Assembly (NCBI RefSeq): GCF_000020025.1
Contig: NC_010628.1
Span: 540,001 to 572,000 of the forward strand
DNA from: Nostoc punctiforme PCC 73102
GTDB lineage: Bacteria > Cyanobacteriota > Cyanobacteriia > Cyanobacteriales > Nostocaceae
Length of the DNA: 32,000 nucleotides
Direction of reading: 5' to 3'
The notes beneath the pieces are model-generated. The model had not been told where the DNA came from and ran no database searches. It saw only the letters and a list, made by a program, of their open reading frames with translations. Below, one piece after another: positions 1 to 9,090 of the stretch. A program made the translations under genes and the position numbers. Numbering within the stretch: position 1 is the stretch's first letter; each line of letters starts with the position of its first letter.

Positions 1-453
1 GGGTTTTGAGCCACCTGTGGCAGTGTCACCTTTTAAACCTGGATCTGTTTGTACAATTTCCAGAACCACAGATTTAGGCAATTCTACTCCCAGCACCTGA
101 TCGCCCCACTTAATAACTTCAGCTTCCATACCTTCCTTCAGGTATTTGACGCGATCGCCAATTTGTGTGCGGGTCAATCTGCCTTCTTCATAGGTTTCCA
201 TATCCATAAAGACGAACTCATCGCCCTCTTTATAGGTATGTTGCATCGTGCTTTTTTCTAGAGTAGCTTGGGGCACAGTTTCCCCAGCTCGGAACGTTTT
301 TTCCATCACGCTCCCACTCTGGACATTTTTTAACTTAGTTCGGACAAAGGCGGAACCTTTGCCTGGTTTGACGTGCAAGAATTCAAGCACTCGCCATACA
401 GACCCATCTAATACAATCGAAACACCGGGTCGAAAGTCGTTACTGGAGATCAT
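1..453 (-). CDS. efp: Elongation factor P (partial; C-terminus lies beyond the left window edge)
   Basis: Not in the ORF track because it runs off the edge. Reverse-strand reading from ATG (451-453) gives [47 protein letters not shown]...[20 protein letters not shown]. There are 151 codons with no stop. The KPGKG loop and GDTATGG motif are EF-P signatures. Confidence 0.93.
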   Translation of the reverse strand, partial: MISSNDFRPGVSIVLDGSVWRVLEFLHVKPGKGSAFVRTKLKNVQSGSVMEKTFRAGETVPQATLEKSTMQHTYKEGDEFVFMDMETYEEGRLTRTQIGDRVKYLKEGMEAEVIKWGDQVLGVELPKSVVLEIVQTDPGLKGDTATGGSKP

Positions 454-506
454 GAAACTTTCAAATTTTGGAAGACAATCGGCATTTATTGTACCCTTCT
501 AGAGTC

Positions 507-555
507 GTCATTGGGCATTTGTCATTAGTCATTTATCATTTGTCATTAGTCACTT
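507..555. repeat. Heptameric tandem array (STRR-type): gtcattg ggcattt gtcatta gtcattt atcattt gtcatta gtcactt
   Basis: Seven consecutive 7-nt units read directly in the efp/PPIase intergenic region. It is followed by a second short repeat motif, gagcgaagtcgaaaggagtcgaag. Confidence 0.8.
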
Positions 556-667
556 GTACTGAGCGACTTGCCTTGAGCGAAGTCGAAAGGAGTCGAAGTA
601 TTTGTCATTTATCCTCCGCCCTTAACGTGGGAAGATTATTGATGGGTTACGTCCAGTCAACAATTTA

Positions 668-1795
668 ATGCTGCATTTGAGTTATCCCATGCTTAACTTA
701 TTAAAATCCTGGCTGAAGAACAGCCTAATGGCAATACTGCTGGTAACAATATTTTTAGGCATAACTACAGCTGGGTGGACTCCCTCCAGTAGCGCCGCGC
801 TGCCAGCCGGCAACGCAATTACCGACGGCAAGGCTTTGTTGCGGTATGCACTCCCGATAGATAACAAACCTGTACGGCAACTACAAGCCAGTTTAGAGGA
901 CATCTCTGCCCAACTGCGGGCTAATCGGCGATGGGGTGCTATTTCCAAGGACATCAGCAAAGCATCCCGAATTCTCGATAAACCCTCCCAAATCTTAACA
1001 AGCGTTCCCACAGAACGCCAACCCCAAGTAGAAGCTTGGATTACCGAGTTGAAATCTGGGGTGGGTAAATTAGAAGAATTGGCGAACAACAAAGATAAAG
1101 AACAAATTCTGCAAGAGAGAGGCAAACTTCTAAATCTTGTGACTCAGATAGAAGAGTCAATGGTAAAAGAATTCCCCTTTGAAGTGCCTGCCCAATACAG
1201 TAATCTGCCACAACTTAAAGGTCGCGCTACTGTAGAATTCAAAACCAACAAAGGCGATTTGACTGTCGTAGTGGATGGTTATAGTGCCCCTGTCACTGCT
1301 GGTAATTTTGTAGATTTAGTACAAAGGGGTTTTTACAATGGCTTAGAGTTTACCCGTTCTGAAGAATCTTACTTTCTGCAAACTGGAGATCCTGCAGGTA
1401 AAGATGTAGGTTTCATTGATCCCAAGACGGGCGAATATCGCGCTATTCCCTTAGAAGTTTTAGTTCAGGGTGATAAAACACCTACTTATGGTATTACGCT
1501 AGAAGAAGCTGGTCGTTACGTTGATATGCCAGTTCTGCCTTTCTCTGCTTTTGGTGCAGTAGTCATGGCTCGTCCCGAAAGTGAAGTAAATGGTGGTTCA
1601 TCGCAATTTTTCTTCTTTCTCTTTGAACCGGAACTCACCCCCGCTGGACGCAACCTATTAGATGGTCGCTATGCCGTTTTTGGCTATCTCACCGAAGGCA
1701 AGGAAGTTTTGGATAAACTAAAGGCGGGTGACAAAATTGAATCGGCAAAAGTCGTTCAAGGAATAGAAAATCTGGTTGAGCCGCAAGCAGCATAA
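668..1795 (+). CDS. Cyclophilin-type peptidyl-prolyl cis-trans isomerase, TLP40/CYP38-like (N-terminal signal/helical domain plus C-terminal cyclophilin domain)
   Basis: The C-terminal half carries cyclophilin motifs (VVDGYSAPVTAGNFVDLVQRGFYNGLEFTR, SQFFF, GRYAVFGY). The N-terminus has a hydrophobic segment ending in SSSAA, consistent with export. The start could be ATG 668 or ATG 689. Confidence 0.85.
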   Translation: MLHLSYPMLNLLKSWLKNSLMAILLVTIFLGITTAGWTPSSSAALPAGNAITDGKALLRYALPIDNKPVRQLQASLEDISAQLRANRRWGAISKDISKASRILDKPSQILTSVPTERQPQVEAWITELKSGVGKLEELANNKDKEQILQERGKLLNLVTQIEESMVKEFPFEVPAQYSNLPQLKGRATVEFKTNKGDLTVVVDGYSAPVTAGNFVDLVQRGFYNGLEFTRSEESYFLQTGDPAGKDVGFIDPKTGEYRAIPLEVLVQGDKTPTYGITLEEAGRYVDMPVLPFSAFGAVVMARPESEVNGGSSQFFFFLFEPELTPAGRNLLDGRYAVFGYLTEGKEVLDKLKAGDKIESAKVVQGIENLVEPQAA

Positions 1796-1826
1796 GAAGA
1801 GAGTAGGGGGAGAATAATTCCTGTAC

Positions 1827-1846
1827 AGACGCGATTAATCGCGTCT
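1827..1846. repeat. Perfect 20-bp palindrome agacgcgatt/aatcgcgtct, 31 nt after the PPIase stop; a member of a dispersed hairpin family and a possible terminator
   Basis: Read directly. It is related to the tgtagagacg...cgtctctaca hairpin at 31608-31637. No T-tract follows, so the terminator role is uncertain. Confidence 0.6.
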
Positions 1847-1954
1847 CTTCTAACTCCCCTGATTTAGATTCCCGGCGGTGAATACTTGATCAACTGCGTT
1901 CACGAAGTGTGCCGAAGGTATCGCTAATTCTGAAAAAGTCCGTGATACAATTTC

Positions 1955-2377
1955 CTAAGTACCAGTAAAAACTGTTTCTTCGTAAAATCCATCTTCCAGT
2001 AGTAAAACTGAAACTTTTGCTTTCAATGGGTCTACAATCCAATATTCAGGAACCTCTAAGGCCGCATATTCAGATCGCTTATGGCGATAGTCCCGTTTCA
2101 CCGACTCTGGACTGACCACCTCGACAATTAGTAACGGCGGTGACTGAAATACTGCTGAGGCATTCAACAATTCTCTAGCTTGCTCCACTGTTACTACACA
2201 CAAATCAGTCAACCTAGATTTATTTCTACCCGTTCTCACCCCACTTTCTCGAAAACACAGCCAAGGCGAGCTACAACGTTTAATTTCTGCCTTGAAAGCA
2301 GTATCCAAAGAATCGACAATCAGAAAATGTTCAATAGTAGGTGGATTCATTAGCTCTAGCTTGCCAACCATCATCAT
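1955..2377 (-). CDS. Uma2 (DUF820) family putative endonuclease, apparently frameshifted at the N-terminus
   Basis: The C-terminal core LLIVEVVSPESVKRDYRHKRSEYAALEVPEYWIVDP is the Uma2 PD-(D/E)xK-type signature. A family-typical N-terminus (MVTTPVTSITFEEYLTYDDG) is encoded from ATG 2426 in a different frame. Confidence 0.7.
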   Translation of the reverse strand: MMMVGKLELMNPPTIEHFLIVDSLDTAFKAEIKRCSSPWLCFRESGVRTGRNKSRLTDLCVVTVEQARELLNASAVFQSPPLLIVEVVSPESVKRDYRHKRSEYAALEVPEYWIVDPLKAKVSVLLLEDGFYEETVFTGT

Positions 2378-2494
2378 AGGTTAAGTACTCTTCAAATGTG
2401 ATGCTGGTTACTGGTGTTGTTACCATCCCAACTGACTCCTAGACGATACCCTTATATTAAACAGTAAAACAAATCATCAGTTTTCTTAGTAATT

Positions 2495-3538
2495 TTGCAA
2501 CGCGGAAAACCGATTGTGAACAGTAATTTCTCTTCTCAACAAGTACAAGATATTGGTGAACAAGGTCTTTTAGAAAGATTACAGCGCTTCTGTCCGTCAG
2601 AAATTATTGGAGATGATGCAGCAGTACTTGTGACTGCACCAGAGCAATCTTTGGTAGTGACTACAGATGTGCTGATTGACGGCGTACATTTTAGCAACCT
2701 CACCACTTCCCCAGAAGATGCTGGTTGGCGAGCTGCTGCTGCCAATCTATCAGATTTAGCGGCAATGGGCGCTTCTCCATTGGGAATTACCGTCGGGTTA
2801 GGACTCCCTGGTGAAGTTAGGGTGAGTTGGGTTGAGCGACTGTACCAGGGAATAACAGAATGCCTGCAAAAATACAATACCTCAATTGTCGGAGGTGATG
2901 TGGTGCGATCGCCTGTGACGACTTTGGCAATTACCGCTTTTGGTCAAGTTTCCCCTTATCGAATTATCCGCCGTTCTGCTGCTGTTATCGGAGATGCGAT
3001 CGTCGTTACAGGCGTTCATGGAGCTTCCCACGCTGGCTTAGAACTGCTCTTACATCCCCAATTAGGGCAAAGCCTCAAAGATGTAGAGCGCATGGCTCTA
3101 ACGCGCGCACACCAGCGCCCACAGCCACGATTAGATGTCTTACCAATTCTGTGTAAAATTTTAGCATCCCCATCCCCCATACCCATTGCCGGTATGGATA
3201 GCAGCGATGGTTTGGCCGATGCAATTATCCAAATCTGCCGCGCCAGTGGCGTTGGCGCTGTCCTAGAACGCAGACAAATTTCCATGCCAGCAGCTTTTGA
3301 CCATTGGCTAACAGAAGAGCAAGCGCTAGCTTATGCTCTATATGGTGGCGAAGACTTTGAATTAGTGCTTTGCTTGCCACAAAAGTCAGCATTAGCCTTA
3401 GTACAACATCTTGGTCAAGATGCTGCGATCGTAGGCAACATTACACCCGGATCAACAGTACTATTGCACGACGAACAAAAAAAATTCCCTGACCAAGTTC
3501 TGAGCCTTAGCCAGGGATTTCAGCATTTTAGTCAATAG
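2495..3538 (+). CDS. thiL: Thiamine-monophosphate kinase
   Basis: AIR-synthase-like N-terminal motifs are present: GEQGLLERL, IGDDAAVL, TTDVLIDGVHF, AAANLSDLAAMGASP. The ORF opens on TTG 2495, and in-frame GTG 2516 is an alternative start. Confidence 0.9.
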   Translation: MQRGKPIVNSNFSSQQVQDIGEQGLLERLQRFCPSEIIGDDAAVLVTAPEQSLVVTTDVLIDGVHFSNLTTSPEDAGWRAAAANLSDLAAMGASPLGITVGLGLPGEVRVSWVERLYQGITECLQKYNTSIVGGDVVRSPVTTLAITAFGQVSPYRIIRRSAAVIGDAIVVTGVHGASHAGLELLLHPQLGQSLKDVERMALTRAHQRPQPRLDVLPILCKILASPSPIPIAGMDSSDGLADAIIQICRASGVGAVLERRQISMPAAFDHWLTEEQALAYALYGGEDFELVLCLPQKSALALVQHLGQDAAIVGNITPGSTVLLHDEQKKFPDQVLSLSQGFQHFSQ

Positions 3539-3541
3539 TAC

Positions 3542-3605
3542 TTTGTCATTTGTCCTTTGTCTTTTGTGAAAAACTAATGACCAATGACTAATGACCAATG
3601 ACAAA
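3542..3605. repeat. Inverted pair of heptamer arrays (tttgtca-type then tgaccaa-type) forming a long imperfect hairpin between convergent thiL and gap2
   Basis: The sequence reads tttgtcatttgtcctttgtcttttgtg - aaaaac - taatgaccaatgactaatgaccaatgacaaa. The two halves are approximately reverse-complementary, so this is a plausible bidirectional terminator. Confidence 0.75.
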
Positions 3606-4670
3606 TTATTGCCACTTCTCAGCTACCAATTCTGCCAAATCCAAAACTCGTTGGCTGTAACCCCACTCGTTGTCATACCACGCCATAACTTTTACTAAGT
3701 CATTGCCCATAACCAAAGTCAAGCTGGAATCGACAATCGAAGAAGCATCACTACCTTGATAATCGGAAGATACCAATTCTAGTTCGCTATAGTCCAAAAT
3801 GCCTTTAAGTGGGCCCTCAGCAGCATCTTTGAGAGCTTGGTTAACTTCTTCAGTAATAGTACGCTTCTCAACCTGAACTACGAAATCTACCATTGAGACG
3901 TTCGGGGTTGGTACACGCAAGGCAACGCCATTAAGCTTGCCTTTCAGGTCTGGGATAACCAGCGCCACTGCTTTCGCTGCACCAGTGGAGGTGGGTACAA
4001 TGTTTATCGCTGCGGCCCTCGCCCGTCGCAAATCCCGGTGAGAAGCGTCTAGCAAACGCTGGTCGCCTGTATAGCTGTGGGTGGTGGTCATCGTACCTTT
4101 GATGATGCCGAACTTATCGTTCAATACCTTGGCAATTGGTGCCAAGCAGTTGGTAGTACAGCTAGCGTTACTGATAATGTTGTGTATGTTGTGGTCATAA
4201 TCATGATGATTCACACCAACCACAAAAGTGCCATCCTCGTTTTTACCAGGAGCGGTAATCAGAACTTTCTTGGCTCCAGCATTCACATGCTTTAGCGCTC
4301 CTTCTTTGCTAGTAAATACGCCTGTTGCTTCGATAATTAGGTCAATTCCCCAATCTCTCCAGGGCAACTTTTCTGGGTTGCGATCGGATACGCACTTAAT
4401 GGTCTTACCGTTAACGATGATAGAGTTATCATCGGCACTAATCTCAGCACCTTTGATCTTGCCTAGCATCGAGTCATACTTCAGCAGGTGAGCATTGGTT
4501 CTAGGATCTGATGTGTCATTAATAGCGACAAGATCGATTTGACTATTCTCTCTACCCACCCAGCAACGCGCAAAGTTACGTCCAATCCGCCCGAAACCGT
4601 TGATTGCAACTCTAATCACAGTGTCTTGCCCTCTGTATTTATGCTTATATGTTGATATCGTTGACCCCAA
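3606..4670 (-). CDS. gap2: Glyceraldehyde-3-phosphate dehydrogenase, Calvin-cycle Gap2 type
   Basis: Contains [11 protein letters not shown], the active site [12 protein letters not shown] and WYDNEWGYS. The overall sequence closely resembles cyanobacterial Gap2 as I remember it. The ORF opens on TTG 4670. The more likely start is in-frame GTG at 4619 ([10 protein letters not shown]), preceded by agaggg, which gives 337 aa. Confidence 0.9.
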   Translation of the reverse strand: MGSTISTYKHKYRGQDTVIRVAINGFGRIGRNFARCWVGRENSQIDLVAINDTSDPRTNAHLLKYDSMLGKIKGAEISADDNSIIVNGKTIKCVSDRNPEKLPWRDWGIDLIIEATGVFTSKEGALKHVNAGAKKVLITAPGKNEDGTFVVGVNHHDYDHNIHNIISNASCTTNCLAPIAKVLNDKFGIIKGTMTTTHSYTGDQRLLDASHRDLRRARAAAINIVPTSTGAAKAVALVIPDLKGKLNGVALRVPTPNVSMVDFVVQVEKRTITEEVNQALKDAAEGPLKGILDYSELELVSSDYQGSDASSIVDSSLTLVMGNDLVKVMAWYDNEWGYSQRVLDLAELVAEKWQ

Positions 4671-4735
4671 TCATATCGCAAAGGGGGGGGGCACTTTTAA
4701 CCATAAAGTGTTAGATCAATAAAAAAACACATAAT

Positions 4736-5410
4736 TTATTCAGATTTGTTCGAGTAGAAACTGTTGTTAGTGATATATGATCTGACCGCTTCCGGTACTA
4801 AATAACGAATTGACTGGCGTTCGCGACACAATTTGCGAATTAGACTTGACGAAACTCCTACTAAAGGTATATTCAGGAGTTGCCAGTAAATGGTATATGA
4901 CTGCTCCCTCATTTGTTGCTCCACTTGCTTGCAGATTAATTTGCTTTGAGTTATAGTCTCACCACCTAGCAGTCGGGGTGCGATTAACCAATCACACATT
5001 TGTGCTAGTTCGTGTCCACGGTACCAACGAGGTAAGGTTTGGAAAGTATCCAAGCCCACAATCCAGTACCAGTGAGTATTTGGGTAACAAGCAGATAAGT
5101 CAATCAGAGTGTTAATGGCGTATGAAGTCCCAGAGCGATTTGCCTCCACTAGTGAGACAGTAAACGCTGGGTTATCTTTTATGGCTAATTGCAGCATTTC
5201 CACGCGATGCTCAAACAAAGCTGCTTCTTTATGAGGAGGATTTAGGGATGGCACCCAAATTACCTTTTCAAGAGATACTTCTTGCATTGCTGTCTCGGCT
5301 ATGAGCAGGTGTCCCCAGTGAATTGGATCAAATGTGCCACCAAAAATTGCTAGTTGCTGCATCCAGTTATGCCTGGGTTTTATGCAATTGAAAAATAGTT
5401 TCATTACCAA
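4736..5410 (-). CDS. nadD: Nicotinate-nucleotide adenylyltransferase
   Basis: Carries the GGTFDPIHWGH (HxGH nucleotidyltransferase) motif and the C-terminal SSSLIR motif. The likely start is ATG 5362 (MQQLAIFGG). The ORF-track start 5410 is TTG. Confidence 0.88.
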   Translation of the reverse strand: MVMKLFFNCIKPRHNWMQQLAIFGGTFDPIHWGHLLIAETAMQEVSLEKVIWVPSLNPPHKEAALFEHRVEMLQLAIKDNPAFTVSLVEANRSGTSYAINTLIDLSACYPNTHWYWIVGLDTFQTLPRWYRGHELAQMCDWLIAPRLLGGETITQSKLICKQVEQQMREQSYTIYWQLLNIPLVGVSSSLIRKLCRERQSIRYLVPEAVRSYITNNSFYSNKSE

Positions 5411-5765
5411 TGTACTATTGTAGTCAATTCACGGCTAAACTTGATGCAATTTCAAATCAGTTTCACTAAACAATGTATTATGTAGCCAATTCCAGTAAGG
5501 TAGACAAAAATATGTATTTGACATTACAAGAATTTCTTTCCCGATGTAGCCAAAATTTTCAGAATAATCTTAACAACAGTTCAGAAATAGTAAAAACCTC
5601 CAACCAAGGTAAAATCATTCTGAACACGCAAAACCAGACTAGAAACAACATCTGGGCATTAAACATAAATACGATATAGGAGTAGTTACGGTAAAAATCA
5701 AATTCCTGTTATGATACGCGTGTCATTTGTGATTATGGTGTGGTGTGGTGTAAAAGGAGCAATAA

Positions 5766-7211
5766 ATGACTAATTCTGTAGATTTTAGTGGTAGACCATT
5801 TCATTTTATTGGTATCGGTGGCATAGGTATGTCTGCTCTGGCATACGTTCTCGCCAAGCGTCAATTTCCAGTATCAGGTTCGGATCTTCGTCCAAACCAC
5901 ATTACGCACAAATTGGAATCTATCGGTGCCCATATTTTTGGTAGACAAGAGGCAAGTAATCTCGAATTCTTTCGTCCTCAAGTATTAAATTCACAAGAAC
6001 AATTAGCTGCTGATACTAAGTCAAAACTACCTCAAGTCATTTGTTCAACAGCAATTAACACGAATAATTTAGAATATAAAGCAGCGTTGGAATTAGGTTG
6101 TCCAGTTTTACATCGTTCAGACGTACTAGCCGCCTTAATTGCCGATTACTACAGTATTGCAGTAGCAGGAACACACGGCAAAACTACAACCAGTAGTATG
6201 ATTGGCTATATGCTTCTGGAAGCAGGTCTCGACCCAACGATTTTAGTAGGTGGCGAAGTCAATGCTTGGGAAGGTAATGCTCGATTAGGACAAAGCCAAT
6301 ATTTGGTAGCCGAAGCAGATGAATCTGATGGTTCCTTGGTAAAACACGCTCCAGAAATTGGCATCATCACCAACATTGAACTCGATCATCCTGACCATTA
6401 CGATACATTAGAAGAAGTCATTGACATCTTCCAGACATTTGCTAAGGGTTGTAAAACTTTAATAGGTAGTATTGACTGTGCAACAGTGCGCGATCGCTTA
6501 CAACCCACAATCAGCTACAGCTTACACTCAGATACCGACGCTGACTACACCGTTACTAATATTGATTATCGTGCTGATGGTACCACGGCTCTAGTTTGGG
6601 AAAGAGGCAAAGCCTTGGGCGTGTTGAAGTTGCGGCTGCTTAGTCGGCACAATCTCAGCAATGCTCTAGCAGCAGTAGCTGTTGGTCGCGCCTTGGGCTT
6701 AGAATTTGGAGCGATTGCCAAAGGTATTGCAACCTTTGAAGGAGCAAGGCGACGCTTTGAACTCCGGGGTGAGGTTGATGGTATTACCTTCATTGATGAC
6801 TATGCTCATCATCCTAGCGAGATTCGCGTTACTCTCGCCGCCGCACGTTTACAGGCAAGGCCAGGACAAAGAGTGGTTGCTATCTTCCAACCCCATCGCT
6901 ATAGCCGGACACTGACCTTTTTAGAAGAATTTGCCGAGTCCTTTACCCATGCTGATTTGGTTGTGCTGACTGATATTTACAGTGCAGGCGAACCCAATTT
7001 AGGTCAAATTACTGGTGAACAGCTAGCGGCAGAAATTGCTAAACAGCATTCGCAGGTAGTTTATCAACCAACTTTACCATCAGTGTGTGAGTACTTGCTA
7101 CAAACACTACGCCCAGGAGACTTAGCGCTGTTTTTGGGGGCTGGGAACTTGAATCAGGTGATTCCTGAAGTAATTACCGCATTTTGCGAACCGGCTAAAG
7201 CCACATCTTAA
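5766..7211 (+). CDS. murC: UDP-N-acetylmuramate--L-alanine ligase
   Basis: Has the N-terminal GIGGIGMSALA Rossmann motif, the GTHGKTTTSSM P-loop and the Mur ligase C-terminal domain. The RBS aaggag lies upstream of the ATG. Confidence 0.95.
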   Translation: MTNSVDFSGRPFHFIGIGGIGMSALAYVLAKRQFPVSGSDLRPNHITHKLESIGAHIFGRQEASNLEFFRPQVLNSQEQLAADTKSKLPQVICSTAINTNNLEYKAALELGCPVLHRSDVLAALIADYYSIAVAGTHGKTTTSSMIGYMLLEAGLDPTILVGGEVNAWEGNARLGQSQYLVAEADESDGSLVKHAPEIGIITNIELDHPDHYDTLEEVIDIFQTFAKGCKTLIGSIDCATVRDRLQPTISYSLHSDTDADYTVTNIDYRADGTTALVWERGKALGVLKLRLLSRHNLSNALAAVAVGRALGLEFGAIAKGIATFEGARRRFELRGEVDGITFIDDYAHHPSEIRVTLAAARLQARPGQRVVAIFQPHRYSRTLTFLEEFAESFTHADLVVLTDIYSAGEPNLGQITGEQLAAEIAKQHSQVVYQPTLPSVCEYLLQTLRPGDLALFLGAGNLNQVIPEVITAFCEPAKATS

Positions 7212-7336
7212 GTGGAGACCCTGTAAAGACTTCATTTCTGAACAAAGTGCCCGTCTAGCAACGGTTCCATCTGTGAACTCTATTACCGTATCTTTGCGGT
7301 AAATTAATGTAAAAATTTTACCCATATAAAGTAAAA

Positions 7337-8335
7337 ATGACCATTTCCCAGGCAGCTGGAAACGTCTGCACAGTTTCTGCTTTGAATACAAAGAAACATC
7401 AAACAACTAATTCGGTGGATAGTGAAGTAATTTACTTACCAAATACTGATTGTACGATCAAGTCCCAGGCTTGTTTGTCAGCGTTTACTTCCTATAGGGT
7501 TGGGGGAGCAGCTGATTTGTACGTTGCCCCCCGAAACTTAGAAGCACTGCAAGCCAGTCTGAAATACGCAAAAGAAGGCGATCTAAAGGTTACAACCCTG
7601 GGAGCAGGTTCTAACTTGCTAGTGAGCGATGGTGGTATATCAGGCTTAGTCATCGCGACTCGTCATCTCCGCTTCAGCCACTTTGACCCCCAAACCGGTC
7701 AATTAACCGTTGCTGCTGGAGAATCAATTCCCAGCTTGGCATGGGCGGCAGCAGAATTAGGGTGGCAAGGATTGGAGTGGGCTGTTGGTATACCTGGAAC
7801 AGCCGGAGGTGCTGTGGTAATGAATGCAGGGGCACATAATAGCTGTATCGCAGATATGTTAGTGAGTGCCGAGGTTCTTTCACCCGATGGGACGCTGGAG
7901 ACTCTTACCCCGGAACAGTTAGGTTATAGCTACCGGACTTCATTATTGCAAGGTGGCGATCGCATAGTCACCCAAGCCACCTTACAACTCGCGCCAGGTG
8001 CAGACCCAGCAAAAGTTGTAGCAATCACCAAAGAACACAAAAAGCATCGGTTAAGCACCCAACCATATAACTTCCCCAGTTGTGGGAGTGTGTTCCGCAA
8101 TCCCAAACCTTACAGTGCTGGCTGGTTAATTGAACAAACTGGCCTCAAAGGCTACCAAATTGGTGGAGCGCAAGTAGCACTACTCCATGCTAATTTCATC
8201 GTTAACCGTGGTGGAGCCAAAGCTAGTGACATCTTCTGTCTCATTCGCCACATCCAACATCAGGTGCAAGAACGTTGGTCTATTAATTTAGAGCCAGAAG
8301 TCAAAATGCTCGGAGAGTTTCAAGGTGCTTGCTGA
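7337..8335 (+). CDS. murB: UDP-N-acetylenolpyruvoylglucosamine reductase
   Basis: Has FAD-binding motifs ([21 protein letters not shown]) and [10 protein letters not shown]. It lies directly downstream of murC. Confidence 0.93.
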   Translation: MTISQAAGNVCTVSALNTKKHQTTNSVDSEVIYLPNTDCTIKSQACLSAFTSYRVGGAADLYVAPRNLEALQASLKYAKEGDLKVTTLGAGSNLLVSDGGISGLVIATRHLRFSHFDPQTGQLTVAAGESIPSLAWAAAELGWQGLEWAVGIPGTAGGAVVMNAGAHNSCIADMLVSAEVLSPDGTLETLTPEQLGYSYRTSLLQGGDRIVTQATLQLAPGADPAKVVAITKEHKKHRLSTQPYNFPSCGSVFRNPKPYSAGWLIEQTGLKGYQIGGAQVALLHANFIVNRGGAKASDIFCLIRHIQHQVQERWSINLEPEVKMLGEFQGAC

Positions 8336-8514
8336 AACTTTCAATTCCGGGGATGGGGATTGGGAACTAGGCATATCAGTAAAGATGTGTCATAACCAAT
8401 GCCCAGTGCCCAATTCCCAGATGCATTAATTATTGGTAAAAAAAGAGGCAAATTACTTACCGCATCTATAATTGAATTTGATTTGTTATTCAACGCACAA
8501 GCGTACAAATAATT

Positions 8515-8862
8515 ATGACAGGAAAAGGACAGGGATTTGGTTTTGGTTTAGGAAAAATGAAGGAACTAGCCGATGCTTTTAAGAAAGCACAGCAAGTTCA
8601 AGAAGGTGCAAAGCGACTCCAAGAAGAATTGGAGCAAATGGAGATTCTAGGAGAATCTGGCGGTGGTCTGGTGAAGGTGATTGTCAGTGGGAACCAAGAA
8701 CCCAAGCGGGTAGAAATTTCTCCAGATGCTCTTGCAGAAGGTGCAGAAGTACTTTCCGATCTCGTGACGGTGGCAATGAAAGAAGCCTATAACAAGTCCA
8801 CAGCAACAATGCGGGAACGTATGGAAGAATTAACCAGTGGGTTGGAGTTACCTGGATTTTAG
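8515..8862 (+). CDS. YbaB/EbfC family nucleoid-associated protein
   Basis: It is 115 aa, and its sequence ([58 protein letters not shown]) is typical of the family. Confidence 0.9.
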   Translation: MTGKGQGFGFGLGKMKELADAFKKAQQVQEGAKRLQEELEQMEILGESGGGLVKVIVSGNQEPKRVEISPDALAEGAEVLSDLVTVAMKEAYNKSTATMRERMEELTSGLELPGF

Positions 8863-9083
8863 TCATTGGTCATTAGTCATTGGTGAGCCAGTACGGTCTT
8901 CTCCGAAAGGGAGAGGCTAGCGCCTTCGCGGAGCGTCTCGTAGAGAAGGGGGTTTCCCCCATGAGCAACTGGTGTTAGCGTTCGCGTAGCGTCTCGTAGA
9001 GAAGCGGTAGCAACGTAGGAGCGTCACCCGAATGGTCATTTGTCAAAAGACAAAGGACAAATGACTATTGACAAAGGACAAAA
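8862..9083. repeat. Composite repeat block: gtcatt heptamers (8862-8882), two 24-nt direct repeats ttcgcgKagcgtctcgtagagaag (8925-8948, 8981-9004), and gacaaag heptamers in the opposite sense (9049-9083)
   Basis: Read directly. The 24-nt copies match at 23 of 24 positions and are spaced 56 nt apart. The flanking heptamer arrays are in inverted orientation. Confidence 0.7.
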
Positions 9084-9090
9084 AACATCT

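Noticed and set aside
49-502. Plus-strand ORFs 49-261 and 248-502 (70 and 84 aa)
   Set aside because: They are shadow frames of efp on the opposite strand, which has an unmistakable EF-P translation. Their own products have no recognisable motifs.
468-668. 66-aa ORF across the efp/PPIase intergenic region
   Set aside because: The product (VIGHLSLVIYHLSLVTC...) is simply a translated heptamer array and dispersed repeat.
682-1125. 147-aa antisense ORF inside the PPIase gene
   Set aside because: It lies opposite a gene with clear cyclophilin homology. It has no motif support and a biased, Ser/Leu/Arg-rich composition typical of antisense frames. The same reasoning applies to 2536-2877, 3016-3285, 4077-4491, 6566-6915, 12311-12794, 13128-13436, 14091-14729, 18266-18855, 20966-21304, 21547-22219, 28241-29462 and 30430-30699.
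5473-5679. 68-aa ORF in the nadD/murC divergent spacer
   Set aside because: It is an Asn/Gln/Ser-rich low-complexity product of AT-rich DNA, with no RBS and no recognisable family. The region is more plausibly promoter DNA for both flanking genes.
507-9083. Possibility that the short tandem arrays are CRISPR repeats
   Set aside because: The units are 7 nt and directly abutting with no spacers. There are no cas genes. These are heptameric STRR-type repeats, not CRISPR.
9040-9090. 17-codon N-terminal extension of the tyrosine phosphatase (TTG start)
   Set aside because: The extension is encoded entirely by heptamer repeats. ATG 9091 places the C-X5-R P-loop at the canonical distance from the N-terminus.
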